This document shows positions 29,925-37,901 of a DNA stretch of 64,000 bases, in pieces (position 1 is the stretch's first letter; each line of letters starts with the position of its first letter). The DNA is from Candidatus Limnocylindria bacterium (GTDB lineage Bacteria; Chloroflexota; Limnocylindria; QHBO01). Below the pieces are notes generated by a model that saw nothing but the letters and a program-made list of their open reading frames with translations, searched no databases and was not told the DNA's origin. A program made the translations under genes and the position numbers. The stretch is taken from NCBI GenBank assembly GCA_036380955.1, contig DASVDT010000134.1, positions 12,571-76,570 of the forward strand, given 5' to 3'.

Positions 29925-31022
29925 TCAGCCGAGCAGCACCCGGCCGACCAGCACCGATGCCGCCAGCCCACCCGCGACCACGACGCCGACCAGCCGCGGC
30001 CACCATGCGAGCGCCATGATCGCGCCGACCGAGGTCGCCGGCCCGGCCAGCACGAGGCCGAGAGCGGTGAGGCGGGCGATGTCCGTTCCGGGCGGCGGCA
30101 TGCGCCCGGTGGCCAGGCCGATCCCCCACGCGACGCCGGCACCCACCAGCGGCAGGACCACGAGGATCGAGCTGGGGCGCGGGCGGCGAACGCGGATGCG
30201 TGCGACGACGGGCCGTCCAAGCCGCGGACGTCGACGCGTGGCCGCCTCGATCGGCAGCGACGGAGCGGGGTCAGCCACGGGTGCTGCCTCACCCGGCGGC
30301 TGCGCCGAGACGGCGACGGGCGTCTCGGTGGCGACGCGCTCGGCCTCCGCGCGCTCTGCCGCCATCCGCTCCTCGAGGAGCGCGCGTTCGATACCGGTCA
30401 ACGGCGGCGGCTCGGGTTCGGCGATGTCCGCGGGCTCCGGCGTCGCCGCCGCAGCTTCGGCAGCCAGCCTGGAGAGCTCCTCCTCCTGGTGTCGCTGCCG
30501 CTCGCGAGCGGCACGCGTGAGCGCGTCGAGCAGATCGGCCTCGGTCGCGGCGGCGATCGCGAGCCGCCCCTGCTCGGTCGGCACGAGGATCGCGCTGGGG
30601 GTCGGAGCGAGCCGCACGACGTGGATCTCTTCCTCGTCACGCAGCGTCGCCGCCCCGAGCTGCCACCCCAAGATGCCGGTCCGGGCGCGCAGCCGCGACG
30701 CGCTCTCGCCGTGGAAGCGCACGCGCGTGACCGGCCCGGCGACCAGCGGATAGTGGCGCTCTCCGCCGACCCAGTGGACCCTGATCGCTGCCTCCTCGAC
30801 GTCGAGCCGCACGCTCAGGACCCATACGGCCCAGCCGATGCCGATGAGCGCCAGCGCGGCGCCGATCCCGGCCACCACGCCGGCAACCGGCAGGGCGTGC
30901 ATGAGGACGCCGTACCCGGCGAGCGCACCGCCGGCGATGATGAACAGGGCCGGCAGGATGAGGACGCGCGGCACCGATCGGGCGAGCCGAATACGCGCGA
31001 TCGGGACGGGTCGTTTCGCCAT
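29925..31022 (-). CDS. polytopic membrane protein with central bacterial-PH-like domain
   Basis: Two N-terminal TM helices, a soluble segment (RVHWVGGERHYPLVAGPVTRVRFHG...), an acidic/Pro linker, then 3-4 C-terminal TM helices. Lies 4 nt downstream of the GT2 synthase gene. Confidence 0.65.
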   Translation of the reverse strand: MAKRPVPIARIRLARSVPRVLILPALFIIAGGALAGYGVLMHALPVAGVVAGIGAALALIGIGWAVWVLSVRLDVEEAAIRVHWVGGERHYPLVAGPVTRVRFHGESASRLRARTGILGWQLGAATLRDEEEIHVVRLAPTPSAILVPTEQGRLAIAAATEADLLDALTRAARERQRHQEEELSRLAAEAAAATPEPADIAEPEPPPLTGIERALLEERMAAERAEAERVATETPVAVSAQPPGEAAPVADPAPSLPIEAATRRRPRLGRPVVARIRVRRPRPSSILVVLPLVGAGVAWGIGLATGRMPPPGTDIARLTALGLVLAGPATSVGAIMALAWWPRLVGVVVAGGLAASVLVGRVLLG

Positions 31023-31026
31023 CGGA

Positions 31027-32700
31027 TCAGGCCTTTTCCGTCACGCGATACTCGAGGTATCGGCCGGTGAGAAGCCGGGTCTGGGCATCCAGGGCCGGCA
31101 GGTTGCTGAAGAAGATCCCGACGAACGGCAGGCCAAGCCACTGCACGTAGCTGGCGATCCGCTGCACCGGTCCCCACCTCGCCGGTCGGGGCGGCACGAT
31201 CCGCGACTCCACGATGACGAGGACGAAGAGCCCCACGAGGGCGATGGTGAGCATCACGCTGGCGTAGAGCGGCAGGTTCTGGCCGAGCGTCGTCTCGGCG
31301 AACGCCGGGTTGATGAGCAGCGGCACCGTCGCACCGAACATGACCACGAAGGGCGCGATCGCCCAGTTGATGTGCTCGCCGAACAGGTTCATGACGCGCC
31401 AGAAGCGCGACCAGAAGCTGATCTCCGGGTGGCTCAGCGCGTTCTGGATGACGTAGGGGATGTCCGTCACGCCCCACGCCCAGCGTCGCGCCTGGAGATA
31501 TTGCTCCGCCATGGAGCGCCAGTAGCCGCGGGCGCGTACGGCATCACCGTAGATCGGGATGAAGAGCGGCACCGCCCGGAAGCGATCGCCGTAGCGGAAG
31601 TAGCTCTTCCAGTAGAAGCGGCTGTCCTCCGGAATCGCATCGGTCGCCCAGTAGCCGACGTCGTGGACCAGGTGCAGGGTGGTCGAGTACGAGCCGAAGC
31701 TCTGGAGCTTCTCGGGCAGCACGCTGCGCCACATCTGGAGCTGCGTCAGCACGGCCGCGAAGAGGCGCTGCATGACGGGCGCGTCCCAGATGTTGTTGTG
31801 GAAGTACGGGATCGGCTGATACAGCTGGGTGTCGCGGTTCGCATCGGTCAGGTGCATCCAGGACAGGTACGCGAAGTACTGCGGGTGGACTCGGTAGTCG
31901 GCATCGAGGTCGGTGATCATGATCCGGTGCGGATCCATGCCGCGCTCTCGCACCAGCAGCCGATACAGGTAGCGGCCGCCCCACGCCATGGCGCTGCTCT
32001 TGCCGATGACGATCCCCGGCTCGAGCGGATCGAGGATGTGGATGAACTCGGCGAAGGCGTCGCCGAACTCCGCGCGCAGCGCCGCGACGTTGGCGATGCC
32101 GCCCTCGTCGGTCTCGCGGGTGATGATGGCGCACATCTTCCGCTCCGCCGGCCACGCCGCCTCGGCCAGCGCCCGCACCGTGTGCCGCAGCTTCTCGAGC
32201 GACTCGGTGTAGGTCGGGATGAGGGCAAGGTGAATGAGCTCGTTCGGCGACGGCGGCGGCTCGGAAAGTGCCGCGACCCGGCGCAGGTCCTCCTCGAGGT
32301 CGTGCTTCGCCCGGCGGGTGACGGCCTCACCGTTGCGGGCGGTCAGGCTCACGCCCCACGCCCCGGCCATCGGCTGGGCGTCCTCCGGTACATCCAGCCC
32401 TCGGACATCGGCGACGGCCGCCGACGCAAGGACGACGTTCTCGAGCCGCTGGGTCCAGTCCGATGCGAGGACGCGGCGGATGCGCGCGTAGGCGACGATC
32501 ACCGCCGCACTGAACCAGAGCGCACGGCACAGCCAGTAGAAGTCGAAGCTCAGGACGAAGTACGCCACCAGCCACGGATAGCTGAAGCTGAGCCACAGCG
32601 GCAGGATGAGCACCGCCCACGAAATCGTGCCGGGCACCATCTCGAGCATGCGCGCGAGCCAGCGATATCGGGTTGAATCGTGGTCGCTCTGGGTCGTCAT
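31027..32700 (-). CDS. membrane-embedded processive family-2 glycosyltransferase (cellulose-synthase-like)
   Basis: GT2 signature set: DLDAD (DxD), EDSRF (ED) and YLQARRWAWG (QxxRW). TM helices flank the catalytic domain. Confidence 0.8.
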   Translation of the reverse strand: MTTQSDHDSTRYRWLARMLEMVPGTISWAVLILPLWLSFSYPWLVAYFVLSFDFYWLCRALWFSAAVIVAYARIRRVLASDWTQRLENVVLASAAVADVRGLDVPEDAQPMAGAWGVSLTARNGEAVTRRAKHDLEEDLRRVAALSEPPPSPNELIHLALIPTYTESLEKLRHTVRALAEAAWPAERKMCAIITRETDEGGIANVAALRAEFGDAFAEFIHILDPLEPGIVIGKSSAMAWGGRYLYRLLVRERGMDPHRIMITDLDADYRVHPQYFAYLSWMHLTDANRDTQLYQPIPYFHNNIWDAPVMQRLFAAVLTQLQMWRSVLPEKLQSFGSYSTTLHLVHDVGYWATDAIPEDSRFYWKSYFRYGDRFRAVPLFIPIYGDAVRARGYWRSMAEQYLQARRWAWGVTDIPYVIQNALSHPEISFWSRFWRVMNLFGEHINWAIAPFVVMFGATVPLLINPAFAETTLGQNLPLYASVMLTIALVGLFVLVIVESRIVPPRPARWGPVQRIASYVQWLGLPFVGIFFSNLPALDAQTRLLTGRYLEYRVTEKA

Positions 32701-32760
32701 CGGTATCGCACGCCCGGCGCGCGGCCGGGGGCGACGATGCCGATCCGCCGCGCCGCCAGC

Positions 32761-33720
32761 CTAGTAGACGGGCGTGAGCCAGTCGCGGTACGCGGGATTT
32801 CGTCCGCGGACCGCGTCGAAGTACGTGCGCGACAGGTCGCGGCTGACCGATCCCGGCCGTCCGCTGCCGATCGCGCGCCGGTCGATCTCGATGACCGGGC
32901 TGATCTGGGCTCCGGTGCCGCACAGGAAGACCTCGTCGGCGCCGTACAGCTCGGTCCGATCGATCGAACGCTCGACGGTGGGGATGCCCAGGTCATCGCG
33001 CGCGATGCCGATCAGCCGGCGACGGGTGATGCCCTCGAGGATGTTGTCGGTCACCGGTGGCGTGATGAGGACGCCGTTCTTGACGATGAACAGGTTCTCG
33101 GCGCTTCCCTCGCTGACGTGGCCATCGGCGGTGAGGACGATGGCCTCGTCGAAGCCATTGAGCTGAGCCTCGCTCTTGGCCAGCGCACCGTTGACATACG
33201 CGCCGGTGATCTTGCCGCGCGCAGGGATGGCGTTGTCATCGGTCCGGCGCCAGCTGCTGACCTGGGCGCGGATTCCGCCCTCCGTATCGATGTACTGCCC
33301 GAAGGGAACGGCGAAGATCGTGACGTCCGAGTCGAGGTTGTGGAGCCGGACGCCGATCGTCTCGGAGCTCTTGTACACGATCGGCCGTACGTACGCGTCC
33401 TCGCGCAGGCCGTCACGACGAAGGAGCTCGACGGTGATCTCGGCGAGCTCCTCGGGTGACTGGCGGACCTCCATCATGAGAAGGCCGGCAGAGGCGCGAA
33501 TGCGAGCGTAGTGCGCGACGAGCTCGAGGGCGAAGAGCTGTTCCTCGTCGGCATTCCAGTAGGCGCGGATGCCCTCGAAGACGGCGGTGCCGTAGTTGAA
33601 GCCGTGCGTCATGACGTTGATGTTCGCATCGCGCAGCGGCACGAACTCACCGCGGAAGAACGCCCACAGCTCGGTGGTCTCCACCGGCGCTGCCTGCGGT
33701 CTGCTCTCCTGCTTCAGCAC
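32761..33720 (-). CDS. ilvE: branched-chain amino acid aminotransferase
   Basis: Class IV aminotransferase pattern (NVMTHGFNYGTAVFEGIRAY ... EGSAENLFIV). GTG start preceded by GGGAGG. Confidence 0.93.
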   Translation of the reverse strand: MLKQESRPQAAPVETTELWAFFRGEFVPLRDANINVMTHGFNYGTAVFEGIRAYWNADEEQLFALELVAHYARIRASAGLLMMEVRQSPEELAEITVELLRRDGLREDAYVRPIVYKSSETIGVRLHNLDSDVTIFAVPFGQYIDTEGGIRAQVSSWRRTDDNAIPARGKITGAYVNGALAKSEAQLNGFDEAIVLTADGHVSEGSAENLFIVKNGVLITPPVTDNILEGITRRRLIGIARDDLGIPTVERSIDRTELYGADEVFLCGTGAQISPVIEIDRRAIGSGRPGSVSRDLSRTYFDAVRGRNPAYRDWLTPVY

Positions 33721-33793
33721 TCACTACCTCCCTGGGCGATGCGCTCGAATGCCGCGGCGCCGATCGGCGCACCGGCCAGCTTCAAGGGCAAGA

Positions 33794-33799
33794 AGTATA
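33794..33799 (-). promoter_or_regulatory. candidate -10 hexamer TATACT upstream of ilvE
   Basis: Reverse complement reads TATACT, 74 nt upstream of the ilvE start. Confidence 0.3.
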
Positions 33800-33859
33800 C
33801 CCGCGCCAGCCGCCCGAGCCCGCTCGCCCACCGAGCATGCTGCGGAATCAGTGGGCGCG

Positions 33860-35071
33860 TCAGTGCAGCGGCGCGGCGCCAGCCCCGAGCGGTGTGAACA
33901 GCGCCAGGTAGACGTAGATGAGGTACAGCGGGCCGCCGATGAGCAGCATCCAGGCCGACAGGTGCCCCGTGCGCAGCATGTTGCCGAAGATCAGGATCGT
34001 CGCGACGAAGGCGACGCCCGCCGAGGCGAAGCTGATGGCGGTGTCGGGCGTGAAGGCCCACGTGGTGAACAGCAGTCCCAGGATCGTCGGGAAGCAGCTC
34101 TGGAAGACCATGGCGCCGGTGATGTTCCCCATCGCCAGCGTGTCCTTGCCATGTCGGACCCACAGGACGCTGTTGAACTTCTCCGGCAGCTCGGTCGCGA
34201 TCGGCGCGATGATCAGGGCCAGGATCGTCGGGTCGAGCCCGATCTGGTTCGACAGGTGCTCGACGGCACTCACGAACACCTGTGCGCCGATGATGATCAG
34301 CGCCAGCGCGGCCGCCACCTGGCTGACGATGATCCGCATCTTCGGCGTCGCGCCGTCGACCTCCCAGTCATCGATCTCGCCCGGGAGCACGTCGATGTCG
34401 AGCGTGTGCGGCCCGGCCATGCCCGGCAGCCGCGTCAGGTGGAGCTGGTTGAGGTCCTCGGCGTCACCCTCCTCCGCCTCGTCGGTGAAGTGGAGCCTGA
34501 CGTAGACGCCGTACATCACCAGCAGCACGCCCGCGGCGACCCACTTCAGCCAGCCGAGCTCGCTCGGCAGGAAGGCGGTGCCGATGGCGATGGCGTAGCC
34601 GACCACGAAGAACGCGACGTCCCGACCGAGGACCCTGACGTTGACCCGCATGCCGGTTCCGCGACGCCCGCGGCGAGCGAAGATCACGATCGCGATGCCG
34701 GTCACGAACATGGCGAGCGTCGACAGCATGAACGGCGCGCCCAGGATGGCGCCGACGCCGATGGCGTGCGATGCCTCGGGGTCGCCGCCGAACAGGATCG
34801 GGCCGAGGATGGCGATGACCGGGATGAGCGTCTCCGGCATGGCGGTGGCCACGGCCGCGAGCACGCTGCCGACGGCGCCCTCGGCGAGGTTGAGCCGATG
34901 CCCGAACCACTCGATGCCGTTCGTGAAAAGCTCGGCCGCAACGAGGATCGCGCCCAGGGAGACGACGAGCAGGACGATGTCCACGGTCTGGTGCCTAACC
35001 TCCGCTGCGTGTGGCAGCGCGCGGCGCGCGCATGCCAATCGACGGCCGAAGGTCTCTCCCGACCGCAGCAC
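33860..35071 (-). CDS. CaCA-family cation/Ca2+ antiporter (YrbG-like)
   Basis: Two alpha-repeat regions (GAVGSVLAAVATAMPE and GNITGAMVFQ) and about 10 TM helices. The start is uncertain: GTG 34984 is an alternative if 34985-35182 is a structured leader. Confidence 0.85.
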   Translation of the reverse strand: MLRSGETFGRRLACARRALPHAAEVRHQTVDIVLLVVSLGAILVAAELFTNGIEWFGHRLNLAEGAVGSVLAAVATAMPETLIPVIAILGPILFGGDPEASHAIGVGAILGAPFMLSTLAMFVTGIAIVIFARRGRRGTGMRVNVRVLGRDVAFFVVGYAIAIGTAFLPSELGWLKWVAAGVLLVMYGVYVRLHFTDEAEEGDAEDLNQLHLTRLPGMAGPHTLDIDVLPGEIDDWEVDGATPKMRIIVSQVAAALALIIIGAQVFVSAVEHLSNQIGLDPTILALIIAPIATELPEKFNSVLWVRHGKDTLAMGNITGAMVFQSCFPTILGLLFTTWAFTPDTAISFASAGVAFVATILIFGNMLRTGHLSAWMLLIGGPLYLIYVYLALFTPLGAGAAPLH

Positions 35072-35182
35072 GGGCCGGCCGGCGCCACCGGGCGGGATCG
35101 CATCCGCCGTCCTGACGATGACGCCTGGTTGGGGATACTCCCCCTCGGGCGGGAGGAGTGTCGCCGAGGGCCTGAACGCGCG

Positions 35183-35548
35183 TCAAGTCGAGGGCGCGAG
35201 GAGCAGGAGCGAGACGAGCAGGCTGGCCACGAGAAGGCCCGCAACGACCGCGCTGCCGACCAGGTAGCGCCGCTCGCCCGATCGCCAGAAGCCGATCACC
35301 GCCCCGACGGCCACGGCGAGTGGCACGAGCGTCAGCAGGAGGAGGCCGATCGACGTCACGGCGGCCGCGCCGCCGGACATGATGGTTTCCACGAGCGGCG
35401 TGTGCGCCTTCACCGCCGGCTCCGGCGGTCGCAGCCAGCTCAGGACGAAGCCGATCGCAACGAGCACGACGGCCGCCAGCGTTCCGACGCGGAGCGGCAG
35501 CGTCAGCAGCGTCGCGAGCAGACCCTCCCGCGCCGTCGGCCGGCTCAC
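35183..35548 (-). CDS. DUF1634 family membrane protein
   Basis: 121 aa with 3 TM helices. 4-nt overlap with the upstream TauE/SafE gene, a common pairing. Confidence 0.75.
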   Translation of the reverse strand: MSRPTAREGLLATLLTLPLRVGTLAAVVLVAIGFVLSWLRPPEPAVKAHTPLVETIMSGGAAAVTSIGLLLLTLVPLAVAVGAVIGFWRSGERRYLVGSAVVAGLLVASLLVSLLLLAPST

Positions 35549-36360
35549 GTCGCACCCAGCGCGCGCAGTGCCATCTCGTAGGTCACGTACACCAGGACCA
35601 CGATGAAGGCGAGTCGCAGGGCAGTCGTGGGGATCCGATTTGCCACTCGTGCCTGGAACGACGCGCCGATGACGACGCCGATCACCATCGGCGCCGCCAG
35701 CGCCGGATCGACGTCACCGCGGAAGAGATAGGCGTAGGCGCCCGCTGCCGCCGTCATGCCGATCATGAAGTTCGACGTCGCCGTCGCCACCGTCAACGGC
35801 GCACCGAGGACGAGGTGCATCAGCGGGACGACCACCACGCCGCCGCCCACGCCGAGCAGGCCGGACACGTTCCCGGCAACGAACGACAGGCCGATCCCGG
35901 CGCCGGTGCGGTGCGTGCGGTAGGCGGGGGCCGCGGGACCGTCCACCGCCGAAGGATCGACGATCGCGTGCGCCTCGGCCTCGCTCGTGGTGGTTCGCCG
36001 CAGCAGCCGACGACCCATGGTGACCGCGGTATACCCCAGGAGCGCGGCGAACAGCCCGGCCAGCACCCGGTCGGGAAGGATGCCGGCGATGACGCCACCG
36101 GTGAGGGCGCCGACGACGGTGCCGGCGGCCAGCAGCATGCCGATGCGGACGTCGGCGCGGGCGTTGCGGACGTTGAAGGCGGCACCGCCGGCGGACGTCG
36201 CGATGACCGAGACGAGGCTGACCCCGGCGGCGGCGGTGATCGGCACGCCGAAGCCGATGGTCAGGATCGGAACGATGAGGATCCCGCCACCGAGGCCGAG
36301 CAGGCCGCCGAACGCGCCCGCCGCGAGCCCGCTCAGGAAGAGGAGGAGCTCGGTCGGCAT
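35545..36360 (-). CDS. TauE/SafE family sulfite/anion exporter
   Basis: 271 aa. Gly-rich repeated TM pattern (GLLGLGGGILIVP ... GLLGVGGGVVVVP) typical of the TauE family. Confidence 0.88.
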   Translation of the reverse strand: MPTELLLFLSGLAAGAFGGLLGLGGGILIVPILTIGFGVPITAAAGVSLVSVIATSAGGAAFNVRNARADVRIGMLLAAGTVVGALTGGVIAGILPDRVLAGLFAALLGYTAVTMGRRLLRRTTTSEAEAHAIVDPSAVDGPAAPAYRTHRTGAGIGLSFVAGNVSGLLGVGGGVVVVPLMHLVLGAPLTVATATSNFMIGMTAAAGAYAYLFRGDVDPALAAPMVIGVVIGASFQARVANRIPTTALRLAFIVVLVYVTYEMALRALGAT

Positions 36361-36406
36361 CCGTGATGACGGCGGCGCCCATCCGGGGCCGCCGTCGCAT
36401 CAGTGC

Positions 36407-36676
36407 CTAGGGACGCAGGTGCTGTGGCGCGTACGGCAGCAGCGCGACGTGGCGCGCTCGCTTCAACGCCGTGGTGAGCATCCGCTGATGGCGGGCGCAG
36501 GTGCCGGTCTTTCGGCGCGGCTCGATCTTCGCCCGTTCGCTCAGATAGCGGCGCAGGCGGTTGACTTCCTTGTAGTCGATGCTCTCGGCCTTGTCGACGC
36601 AGAAGTTGCAGACCTTGCGGCGACGTCGGTCTCGGTAGTAGTCCGCCGACTCTCGGCGGGATCGTGGACTGGCCAT
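36407..36676 (-). CDS. rpsR: 30S ribosomal protein S18
   Basis: [29 protein letters not shown]...TGTCARHQR is the S18 signature. Confidence 0.93.
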   Translation of the reverse strand: MASPRSRRESADYYRDRRRRKVCNFCVDKAESIDYKEVNRLRRYLSERAKIEPRRKTGTCARHQRMLTTALKRARHVALLPYAPQHLRP

Positions 36677-36703
36677 GGTTCGTGGTTCCTCGGTCGAAGC
36701 TGA

Positions 36704-37168
36704 TTAGAACGGGATGTCGTCGACGTCCATCTCGGCGCCCGGCGACGAGCTGCGCTGCTCCGCGCCACGCGGCTTCACCGCGGGCGGGGCGTCGCTGTAC
36801 GAGCCGCCGCCGTAGCCACCGCCGTCGCCCTCTTCGCGCGGCCGGCGCTCGAGGTTGACGACGCGGGCGAAGGCGAGCTCGAGCGACTGCCGCTTCTCAC
36901 CGTCGCGGCCCTCGAACTCGCGGACGCGCAGCTGGCCCTCGGCGAAGACCTTGTTGCCCTTGCGCAGCTGCTCGGCAAGCCGCTCGGCAGCCTGCTCCCA
37001 CACGCTGACGCGGAACCAGAGCGTCTCCTCCACCCATTCGCCGTCGGCGCCGCGCTGGTTGTTGTTGACGGCGACGCGGAGATCGGTGACGGCCTTCCCG
37101 CTCGGCGTGTAGCGCAGCTCCGGATCGGCGCCCAGGTTGCCGATGATCATCATCTTGTTGAGCGTCAT
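36704..37168 (-). CDS. ssb: single-stranded DNA-binding protein
   Basis: OB-fold N-terminus (MTLNKMMIIGNLGADPELRYT), Gly-rich linker and C-terminal DDIPF tip. Confidence 0.95.
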   Translation of the reverse strand: MTLNKMMIIGNLGADPELRYTPSGKAVTDLRVAVNNNQRGADGEWVEETLWFRVSVWEQAAERLAEQLRKGNKVFAEGQLRVREFEGRDGEKRQSLELAFARVVNLERRPREEGDGGGYGGGSYSDAPPAVKPRGAEQRSSSPGAEMDVDDIPF

Positions 37169-37193
37169 GGCGGCTTCTCCTCAGCGTCGGGCG

Positions 37194-37715
37194 TCAGCCC
37201 GCCGCTTCATCCTCTTCGGCCGCCCCGATGGCAGCCGCTTCATCGGGCTGGCGGGCAGCCGCGTCATCGGCCTCGTCCGCATCCGTGTCGAGCGCCGTCT
37301 GCACTTCCGGCTCGTCATTCTCCTCGCCGTCGCGATCGCGGTCATCGGTCGAGCCGTCGTCCGTCGAGTCGTCGTCGGCATCGGTCGAGCGTGCGGCGGC
37401 GGCCGGAGCGATCTCATCGGCTGGGCCACGGTCCTCGATCACCGTGACGAGGTGGCGCAGGATCTCCTCGCTGATCAGCATGCCACGCTCGATCTCGCGT
37501 ACCTGCGCAGGCTCGATGTCGAAATGGATGAGGAAGTAGCTCGCCTCGCGATGGCGGCCGATGTCGTAGGCAAGGCGGCGCTTCCCCCACGGGGATACCT
37601 TGCTGAGGCTGCCACCGCCGTTGACGATGGCGCGGGTGACCTTCTCGACCGCGGCCTGGAGCTTGTCGTCCTCCAGGTCCGGGCGGAGCAGGAGCATGAG
37701 CTCGTAACGGCGCAT
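37194..37715 (-). CDS. rpsF: 30S ribosomal protein S6 with long acidic C-terminal tail
   Basis: MRRYELMLLLRPDL start at ATG 37715 and an S6 core to about residue 100. A roughly 70-aa Asp/Glu-rich extension follows. The track ORF is over-extended at its 5-prime end. Confidence 0.9.
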   Translation of the reverse strand: MRRYELMLLLRPDLEDDKLQAAVEKVTRAIVNGGGSLSKVSPWGKRRLAYDIGRHREASYFLIHFDIEPAQVREIERGMLISEEILRHLVTVIEDRGPADEIAPAAAARSTDADDDSTDDGSTDDRDRDGEENDEPEVQTALDTDADEADDAAARQPDEAAAIGAAEEDEAAG

Positions 37716-37816
37716 TGGCGCGTCGTCTCCTCTCTCTGGGGTTGCGGCGCACCGTGGCGCGGCAGAAAGGGCTTGAACATGGACCACGCCTCCCACGACC
37801 GGGAGGCGCGACGGCA

Positions 37817-37822
37817 AGTATA
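37817..37822 (-). promoter_or_regulatory. candidate -10 hexamer TATACT for the rpsF-ssb-rpsR operon
   Basis: Reverse complement reads TATACT, about 100 nt upstream of the rpsF ATG. The leader contains the hairpin CGCCTCCC-GGTCGT-GGGAGGCG. Confidence 0.35.
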
Positions 37823-37861
37823 GCGCCGGACCGGGGTCCGGGCAACGGCGCCGGAGGCCCG

Positions 37862-37867
37862 TATACT
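37862..37867 (+). promoter_or_regulatory. candidate -10 hexamer TATACT for the cpaE/tadZ-like gene
   Basis: TATACT lies 35 nt upstream of ATG 37902, divergent from the rpsF promoter candidate. Confidence 0.35.
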
Positions 37868-37901
37868 GCCGCATCACCGATCAATCCGTTCTCGTGATCC
37901 G

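Noticed and set aside
33596-35581. 661-aa plus-strand ORF over the CaCA antiporter and DUF1634 genes
   Set aside because: It is antisense to membrane-protein genes with clear TM periodicity. Its translation is extremely Arg/Asp/Gly-rich.
37716-37816. S6:S18-binding rpsF leader motif
   Set aside because: A hairpin (CGCCTCCC-GGTCGT-GGGAGGCG) exists in the leader. I cannot verify the conserved features of the published motif from memory, so it is only mentioned under the promoter feature.
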